Positions 53,340 to 64,000 of a stretch of 64,000 nt of DNA are shown here, in pieces; within the stretch, counting starts at the first letter, position 1; the number at the start of each line of letters is the position of its first letter. The notes beneath the pieces are model-generated. The model did not search any database and was not told the origin of the DNA. It was given only the letters and a program-made list of their open reading frames with translations. The stretch comes from the human T2T-CHM13v2.0 reference genome, Homo sapiens, in NCBI RefSeq assembly GCF_009914755.1, contig NC_060926.1. One strand, written 5' to 3'. Both the position numbers and the translations under genes were made by a program.

Positions 53340-55970
53340 GGAAAAAGGATGAAAAAATATATAAACAGTACCCGTAAAAGAACTGGAGTGACAATACTAA
53401 TACCAGACAAACTTGAAAGCAACAACAAAAAGTTACTAGTGAGAGTGAAAGAGACATTTTATAATGATAAAAAGTCAATCAATCAGGAAGATATTATTAA
53501 TATATCAGTTATAAACATATACACACCTAAACACGAGCTCAAAATACCCAAAGCAAAAACTCATAGAATTTAAGGAAGAAATATGTAATTCAAGCATATA
53601 AGTTGGGGACTTCAATACCACAATTTCAATGATGAATAGAACAAGTAGACGAAGGTTTGCAAAGTTTTAGAAGACATGAGTAACATTATATTAACAACAA
53701 ACTAGACCTAGCATGCATTTCTAATACACTCCACTCAAAGCAACTGAGTCCACATTCTTCTCAATAGTACAAGGAACATTTTTGAAGACAGATTAAATAC
53801 TAATCAATAAAATAAGCTTTAATAAATTTAAAAGGATTGCAAAGACACAAAAGGCATAATTCAATAACAAAACAATGAAATTAGAAATAACAAAAGAGAA
53901 TTATGGAGATCTACAAACATGTAGAAATTAAACAAGTTACTCCTAAATAAACAATGAGTCAAAGAAAAAATGATGAGAGAGATTAGAAGACACTTTGAGA
54001 TGAATGGAATTGAAAACACTACATGAAAATACATCGGATGCAGTTAGAGCATTCCATACAGGGAAATTTATAGCTGTAAACACCTATGTTAAAAAACAAA
54101 ACTCATCTCAAATCTATAAACTAAACTTCTACATGAGAAACAAGAATAAAAAGAGCAACCTGAATTTAGAATAAGCAGAACAAAGGAAATAATAAAATAT
54201 GAATGGAAATAAATGAGACAGAATAGAAAAACCTATTTCTATTTCAGAATATTCTATTTCAGAATAGAAAATAAAAAAAAATTGATATCTACAATACCAA
54301 AAGTCAGTTCTCCAAAAAGATCAAAATTAATAAAATTTTATCTATAGTGACAAAGAAAAAAGTCTTGAGTAGTAAAATCAGAAATGAAAGATGGTATATC
54401 ATTACCAATTATAGAGAAATAAAAAGAATTATAAAACTACGAACAAGAGAATGTCAACAATTTTAGGTAACCTATATAAAATGCAAAGGTTCCTAGAAAA
54501 TTTCAAGCTACCAAAAGTGTTTGAAGATATGAATAACTTGAATAGACCTATAGCAAGTAAAAAGATTTAGCTGGTAATTTTAATGCTTCCAACAAAGAAA
54601 AGCTGAGGCCTGATAGCTCTCCTGCAAATTCTAGCAAAATCTTTTAAAAAGTAATTAATTTGAATTCTTCTCAATTCTTCCATAAGGTAGAAGAGGAGGA
54701 CACATTTTCAAATTCATTCTACCGGGCCAGTATTACTCAGATACCAATGCTAAGCAAAGACATCACCAAAAAAGAAAACTAAAGACCAACACGTGTTATG
54801 AATATGGCCCCCAAAATCAAAACACTACTAGAAAATGAAACCAGCAACATATAAAAATAATTCTACACTTTATTCATTCATAATAAAAACTCTCAATGAA
54901 CAAGAACTAGAACAGAGCATTCTCAAAGGACATTTAAAAACCAATAGCTAACCTCACAGTTAATAGTGAAAACTAAAGCCTTCCTATCTAAGATGGGAAT
55001 TGAAGCAAGAATGTGCACTTTTATTACTTCTATTGAATAATTTCTAGAGGCTTTAGCCATGTAAATAAGGAAAATGAAATAAAAGACATGCTGAACACAG
55101 AAGTAAAACGATCTTTAGTTTTACTAAAGTGCAGACCAGTTGATCGTCTATTGACGACATCCTAAGGAATTTATGAAAGAGCTATTGGAAGTAATAGTGA
55201 GTTTAGTAAGGCCCCCTTAGCAGTCATAATACAAAAAAATCAGTTGTATTCCTATATATTAACAACAAACGTTAGCAATAGTAATGAAAATACCATTTCA
55301 ACAGCCTCGAAAGAAAACTGATATAGTTAGGGATAATCTATCAAATGTATGCAAGATCGATACCCTTAAATCTGCAAAATATTGCTGAGAGAAGTTAAAT
55401 AACTACCTAAATAAAAATATATAACGTGTTTATAGGCCAGAAGCTTAGGTAATGTTAATGTGTCAATTCTCTCCAAATTGATCTATACCAAGCTTGTACA
55501 ACCTGTGGTCCGCAGGCCACATGTGACCCAGGAGAGTTTTGAATGTGGCCCAACACAAACTCATAAACTTTCTTAAAATATTATGAGATTTTTTGCAATT
55601 TTTTTTAGCTCATCCGCTATTGTTAGTGCTAGCATATTTTACATGTGGCCCAAGACAAGTCTTCTCCCAATGTGGTCCAGGGAAGCCAAAAGATTGGACA
55701 CTCCTGATCTATACAGTCAATGCAACTCCAATAAAAATCCCAGCAGGATTTCTTTGTAGAAGTTGACAAACTGATTCTATTTTTTTTTTAAATGGGGATA
55801 CCTAAAAGAGACAAAACGATTTTTAAAAATAACAAAGTTGATAGCTTTCATTACCTGGTTTATCACTTATAATAATTAAGACAGTGTTATTGACAATAAG
55901 GTAGGCATATAGGTCAACTGAAAAGAATGTAAAGAAATAGATTCATACATTTATTGTTAACCAATTGTCT
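53340..55970 (+). mobile_element. Old L1M ORF2 (EN-RT) remnant
   Basis: ctggagtgacaatactaataccagacaaa; agttggggacttcaatacc (GDFN); ttcaaattcattctaccgggccagtattactcagatacc; gtcaattctctccaaattgatctatac. Confidence 0.85.
55489..55706 (+). mobile_element. MER30 hAT-Charlie MITE
   Basis: caagcttgtacaacc...ccagggaagccaaaagattggacactcctg; perfect 8-bp TSD atctatac at 55481-55488 and 55707-55714. Confidence 0.92.
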
Positions 55971-55977
55971 TTTTACA

Positions 55978-56130
55978 GACCCGCCAAGGATGCCATGTGG
56001 AACAGATATGAATGATTCAGCCAATCTCTTTCAAATTCTTGATCCACAAAATTGCGAACTAAGTAAATGGTTGTATAAACCATTAAGTTTTAGTGTAGTT
56101 TTTACTCAGCAATTGTAAACCAGAATTGAT
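55978..56130 (+). mobile_element. MLT1 (F/G/H-like) LTR 3' fragment
   Basis: gccatgtggaacaga...aaattcttgatccacaaaattg...aaatggttgtataaaccattaagttttagtgtag...cagcaattgtaaaccagaa. Confidence 0.7.
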
Positions 56131-56505
56131 TTTTAAGTTCGTTTTGCTGTGTAATGCAAAAATTACTCTTCTCTGAGATCTCAGGGCCACAGTAAATTCT
56201 TGCTGATTCCCAAGTACCTTGGAGTGTGTATATGTGAGCTGTGTGTAAAATTGATAAGGGGCCAAGTTTCCTATCTGGACTTGGTATATTGCAGGACAAA
56301 AACTTAGGGGAGGAAGCAGGAGTGTCAACAGAGGCAGCCATGAGAATGAGATGTCCTTAAGAAATCACAGAACTTTTGGAATGAACTTAATTAACTTAAT
56401 TCAATAAATTGTTATAGAGCTAATGCCCAATGTGCTGGAAGCCAGTACTATGACTTTGGGTTTTGGGTTGTTTTGTTTTGTTGTTGTTTTCATTTTTTTT
56501 TTTTT

Positions 56506-57451
<946 letters not shown>

Positions 57452-58296
57452 AAATTTTCTCGAAATCTTTGAACAGCCATAGTGGGGGCTGCTGATGTCT
57501 ATCTTATGATGCTGTCATTGGTCCCCAATACTCCAACATTCACAGAACCCTGCGTCTGTTTCTCCCTAAAAGCTTTTCAGCTTACCCCCACCACTCACCA
57601 GCAAAAACTCTCTGTTCTAGGCCATGAGTTCAACTTGGGCATCCTGTGGTGTGTGTTTACTCACACCTGTGACTCTGACTTCACACATGCACTCACCCAG
57701 GGGTGGGACTGGTGGTCTACAAACTGTTTTCAGATCATTTCTCTATCCATTGCCCTCTGCAGCCTTTCTGATTAAAACTGTATTATCTTTTCAAGATATC
57801 TTTAAACTAAGTATGCTGCTAAGACATAGGAAACATTAAATTTGAGGACTTAGAGTGATCTAGAGAAAATTCAAAAATGGTCACACTTCTCATCATTGCT
57901 TGCATTTGCATAGCAATACACAATTTGTGCATCTTTTTGTGTATTCAGCATACTGAGCTGTCAGCAGCTTGGCTGACTGCTGCTCTGATGCCCCAGGATG
58001 CTGTGGGTGGTTGTTGTGTCCAGCCTAGTCTAGCGATGTTTCTGAATAATATAGCTCAAACAGCTCATCATGACAAGTGAGCCCTCTGCAATCTGACCCC
58101 AGCCTTCCTTTTCAAATCACTCCCATCAGTCTCTCCACCTTCATCAGGTTCTCACATTTTATGCTGTTCTGCCTGGACTAGTAAATAGTCTCCTAATTGA
58201 TTGAGGAGAGATACAAGTAAGTAGAAGGCTCTGGAGTCTCATTTTGTTTTTTTTCAGTAGCAAGTCTGAGTTAACTCAATGAGAAAACAAGATGCT

Positions 58297-58562
58297 AACA
58301 CAGGAATAGAAAACCAAACACAGGATGTTCTCACTCATAAGTGGGAGCTGAACAATGAGAACACATGGACACAGGGAGGGGAACATTACACACCGGGGCC
58401 TGTCTGTCGGGGGTGTTGGGAGAAGGGGAGGGAGAGCATTAGGACAAATACCTAATGCATGCTGGGCTTAAAACCTAGATAACGGGTTGATAGGTGCAGC
58501 AAACCACCCAGAACTTAAAGTAAAATTTAAAAAAAGAAAAAATTCCTAGGAAAAAAAAAAAA
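58297..58562 (+). mobile_element. Short L1PA (about L1PA7-10) 3'UTR insertion
   Basis: atgttctcactcataagtgggagctgaacaatgagaacacatggacacagggagggg; A tail; TSD aagatgct on both sides. Confidence 0.9.
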
Positions 58563-58899
58563 AGATGCTTCCAGAGACAGAGCTCTAGAGGGTCAGCCTT
58601 TCTTGCAGGCTATTTCACCGTCCAATAAACTCTTCTTGCTACTTAGCTGACTATGGTTAGCTGGACTCCCTTATTCTATAAAAATGTAGAGCAATGCAGG
58701 GCCTGGGTCCTACTATTGGAGACTTTGTCATGATGCTTTCAACTGTATTCCACTTAAGCCAGTCTCTCTGCAGGACAGTAAGAAGGCCAGAACTATAAAT
58801 CATCCCACTGAATCTTATTTGCAACTACACCATGAGACTAGGTTGTATAAGTCCATGCCTTCTTTGTACCTCACTGAATCTTGCCATTTCTATGTCCCA

Positions 58900-59838
<939 letters not shown>

Positions 59839-60109
59839 TTCTTCTAAACCTCTTGCCTTTCACTAAGGTATTTCCTTAGCCTAGAAAATCACCACTTCCC
59901 CACTTCAGTTTGCTAGACAAAGACCTATAAAACATTTCCATGACTGGGTCAAAGTCAATATGTAGATAGTATATTTCGATTTTCTAGGGCAACATTTATT
60001 GAAAATACATCATTTCTTTGTCTTTGAACATAAAATAGTACCTGACAAATTATGTGTCCTAAATTTTTGTCCTAAAAAAATACTATTACTTTACTTCTAA
60101 AGCCCCTTC

Positions 60110-60425
60110 TAACCTGTGTTCTTCATTGTGAATATTGAAAAGTGATCCAATTCATGTGGACCCCTAAAACAAAACCCCTATCCTAGCATGAGACTATAAG
60201 GGCTCTTCTTACATGATCCCACAGTAAGTAGCCTGTGATTCCTTCTAGAAGGACACTTACATTATAATTATAGGTTTATTTTTCTGACTTCCTAACTAAA
60301 TTATGAGTCTTATATAGACAAAGTCCATATTCCATTCACCTTTTTGTTATCCGTGCCTGACACTGCATCTGGCACGTAACAAAAGCTCAATTTTTTTTGT
60401 TAATAAGTGAATACATTCCATTAAT
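60110..60425 (+). mobile_element. L2 fragments
   Basis: ctaaattatgagtcttatatagacaaagtccatattccattcacc...gcatctggcacgtaacaaaagctcaat...aagtgaata. Confidence 0.55.
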
Positions 60426-60734
60426 AAAATACTACTTCATTCATTTTTATCAAAATCTCTAATTTAAAAAAGTAAGTAAATTGCCCACAGTTTGAGTTAG
60501 GAAATATCTGAATGGCACATTTCATTGTTGTCCTCCCTATCGGAGATGCAGACTCTGAGCACTTGGCTTTAAAATTGAGTCACATTAACTGAAACAACAC
60601 GTATTTAATGGTTTGTGACTGTTACCACCAGCTATCTCAAGGCTTTCAGCTCTTGCAAAGTATCCTTTACTACCCCTGAATTTCTGAGAATTCCCTGTGG
60701 TATCTCACTTGCATGGAAGTCCTCTATGTTATAG

Positions 60735-60892
60735 GCCTCAGATTTTAATGTGCATACCAGTCCCAGGACTTCTGTTAAAATGCAGGTTCTGATTCGGTAG
60801 GTCTGGGGTGGGACCTTAGTGGCTGCATTTCTGACCAGTTCCCATGGATGCTGATGCTATTGGACCTTGGACCCCATTTTGATAATCAAGGA
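60735..60892 (+). mobile_element. MER5A MITE
   Basis: tgttaaaatgcaggttctgattcggtaggtctggggtgggacc...ctgcatttctgaccagttccc...gctgatgct...ggaccccattttga. Confidence 0.8.
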
Positions 60893-62974
60893 TATATGCC
60901 ACAATATGTAGACATCCATGAAAGAGTCTTCATCACTGAGTTAGAATAGAATTAACGTCTTACATTGCAATGAAAAGTGACATGTTGACCCAACATTGCA
61001 CCCTTTTGAAGGTGACTTCAAGCCTAAAAATACATTATTCCCAGCCCTTTAAAAAGAAAATATCTTTAGCTTTAAGACTGGAATTTTGACTTTTAGTTGG
61101 TAATAGATATTTTGATGGTAGAAAATACTAGAATCTGACCCTTTTCATCAGTTCCTAAAAATCTAATTTGTTAGAGTCAGAAGTTATGGGATGCTGTGGA
61201 AAAGAAGCAAACCATCTGGATATTAAGAGAAAATCAAAATCTCTCAGACTATCTTAATATTTTATGGTGTTTCTTTATAGCCCGTAATTTAAAACATCAA
61301 TCAAATATTGCCACAGAAGGTGGCAGGTCAAAAGTGTTTGACCTGGAGAAACCGTCATGCTAGAGCTGCTAATTAGGACAGCTGCTTCAATTAGGAAAGC
61401 AATTGGAGGATATTCTCTCTACTGAGTGAAAAATATGAGGCAGGTGACAGCACAACAGACTGTCTTGACCTCGTTGGCCTAAAAGCTAAATTTAAAGGTG
61501 TGACAAGTGTTGTGTGAATTGCATATGAAGATAAAACAAAAACACAAGTGTGATGTTTCGAAAGAATTATGGGGGAGGGGCAGGCAGAAATTTAGGCACA
61601 GGTCAGAGAGCTGAGCTTCTGTCTGTTTTATCTTTGGTCTTATATCTAGGCAATAAAACATCCTTGACTGATCTTCCCAAAGAGTTCTTCAGGAAGGTAA
61701 ATATACTTTAACAACCACCTTTGCATGGTGGAAAGGACTTTATAAGAGAGGCCGTAGAGCAAGAAAAACTGAGGCCAAACAATGGAAGAGCAGTTTCTAG
61801 CATGCAGATTAATATATTGAAAACTAGCATAGCAAAATGGGGGCCTTTCTGATATTTTGGGTTTGAATCCTCCCTCTAGCATAAGTGAAAACATGTACTG
61901 CTTGGGAGTAATACAGTCTTGAAAATTATTTACCTCCCCTGGCTAACATTTGCATGACACATGCAAGTCAATTTATGAAGCAATTTGTAAAATGTTATTT
62001 TCATTTTAAAGATGAGAAAATTGAAATGTAGAGAGATCAGGGTTTGACAGAGATAAAAACACTAGTATTACCTAGCCCCTTTCAGAGTCCATGACCTTCT
62101 TAATAAATCATGTTGCTTTACAAAGATTTTCACATGCAATGCTTTATTTCTCTATGGACAATTCCAGTGTTTTAGATCAGGACCACTTAATTTACAAGCT
62201 TCATTTTAATCCATTTCCCATTTGCCCCCAGAAATGAGCACTGGCAGAGAGCTGTGCTTTTTTTTTTCTCTAAATGGGAAAGTGTTGAAATATTTAATAC
62301 ATCATCAAGTTATTAGGACACAATTTCTGTAATGGTAAACTTGGGACTGGAGTAAATAAATCCTAGCTATCCTTGCCTCTTTCATTGAATTCAATTCCAA
62401 TTTTAATCTGGCAGTCAGTCTTTCCAAAATATTTGGAACTGGAAGCGGCCTCCAAACACCTGGTGAACCTTTCCACACCAGTGGATCAGATACTCACTAA
62501 ATGCATGCCTTCCTTTTCCCGTCTCCCTGCATTCTACCAACAGCTGGATGAAAGATGGCTCATTTATGCCAACTATCAAGACATGATGTTTTCATAATCT
62601 GGAAATCATAAAGCTTATTCAAGGATCAGGACGTATTCTAAGCTATTTTAGAACATGTGCTGCCAAATAAGAGAGTGCTTATTGCAACTACTCAAAATGT
62701 TTTTTGAACAGAATGTTTTATACTAAATACATATCATCTTATTCAAGTATTGGGCCAATTCTCCACACCATATTCTGCAAAATAACATTTTCTAGGTTAG
62801 AAATGATGGATGTGATGTTTGTTTAAAGCCTTACATCTTTACAAATAGTAAGTCAAATGTAATAGAATCAAAGAAATGCTATAAATATTTGAAATTCCAA
62901 GTTGAGATTCTGAAGTCTCCAGAGGATGATGGCCCCAAAATTTCTGTATGATCAAGTCTTTATTTACCTTTCCA

Positions 62975-63475
62975 GATTAAAAATACGTAAACATGACATT
63001 CAAATTAAGGAAAAAATAAGAACAGAATAAGTAGAAAAACTTAAAAGGAAAAAAAATGAGTAAAAAATTAGTTGATTAGGAAAAAATAATTGAAATAATG
63101 AATAAAACAATTTCTTTTAAAAATTAAAGTCTCTGACTAGATTGATCCAGAATGAACACAAAATTATACAATATTAAAAATTAACATGGAAAAATATTGA
63201 AGATACTTTAGAAACTGTTAAAACCTAAAGGAAAAGTTATAAACTATTTACTAACCATTTGCAAACTAGATAAAAGTGAAAGTTCTAGAAAAACACAAAT
63301 AATCAAATTTAACCTTAGGGGGATGGGAAATGAGATTAGATAATTCATTAAATTACAGTATCTACTGAAAACCTATTACTTCCTAAAAGTTGCTAGCCTA
63401 TAAGAACTATTTTATACAAACTACCTAAGATCCATCTCACCTTATTAAAAAACCCTGATACAAGAATTAGAAAAA
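62975..63475 (+). mobile_element. Old L1M ORF2 remnant
   Basis: ctgactagattgatccag...aaactagataaaagtgaaagttctagaaaaacacaaataatcaaatttaac. Confidence 0.55.
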
Positions 63476-63589
63476 CAGATACAAATCAAAAGGATATAAT
63501 AGACCAAAAGCTCTTACCATAATGCTGGCAACCTAAAATTTTTTAGAGTTTATTGGGATATACATTTATTAAGATATATATTGAGACAC

Positions 63590-64000
63590 AGTTTATTGAG
63601 ATACAGTTCACATACTATACAATTCATTGATTGAATTCACAGAGTTATGCTTCTATTGCCACAATCTAATTTTAGAACATTTCCAGTGCTCTGATAAGAT
63701 CCCCATGCCAATTAGCAAGGAGTCATCTCCTACCCCCAAACTGCATCCTAGGCAAATGCTAATCTACATTCTGACTCTATAGATTTGCTGATTCCAGTCA
63801 ATTCATACAAACGGAATCTTACAATATGTAATGTGTTGTGACTGGCTTCTTTGACTTAGCATAATACTATCACAGTTCATCGAAATTGTAGCATGTATTA
63901 GAATGTAATTCCTTTTACTTGACAAATACTATTCAATTGTATGAATATGTTATATTTTATTCATCCAGTGAATAAATTAATGGGCATTTGGATTGTTTCC
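63590..64000 (-). mobile_element. L1M (MB/ME-like) 3' end, continuing off the right edge
   Basis: tttattgagatacagttcacatac...taatctacattctgactctatagatttgc...tgtgactggcttctttgacttagcataat. Confidence 0.85.

Noticed and set aside
57904-57918. SOX-OCT-like composite (TATTGCTATGCAAAT on the minus strand)
   Set aside because: Mismatch in the SOX half, and octamers occur several times in the window at about chance frequency.

Overview
Repeat-dominated primate genomic DNA, almost certainly human or great ape (AluY, an AluYd-type element, L1PA, THE1). It looks intergenic or deep intronic. I can support no intact protein-coding gene, RNA gene, CpG island or CRISPR array, and nearly all listed ORFs are chance ORFs or translations of repeats. 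Main contents: 11 Alu loci, young and old L1 fragments, MIR/L2/L3, hAT and Tigger MITEs, several solo LTRs, a full-length THE1 MaLR provirus (27214-29514, TSD TAAGG) and a heavily decayed ERV-L (class III) provirus (~39.1-45.4 kb) with recognisable protease, RT (YIDD), RNase H and integrase remnants. Structures the repeat annotation does not explain: a 61-bp-arm near-perfect inverted repeat at 52560-52692 (candidate template-switch-born miRNA/esiRNA hairpin flanked by splice-signal-defined exons), a second hairpin at 34863-34942, a perfect 125-bp tandem duplication, two short copies of upstream sequence inserted about 1.2 kb from their donors, and several microhomology repair scars. I do not see a convincing novel multi-gene system. 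Subfamily names come from my recall of consensus sequences and need RepeatMasker/Dfam confirmation. Boundaries of old repeats are approximate.
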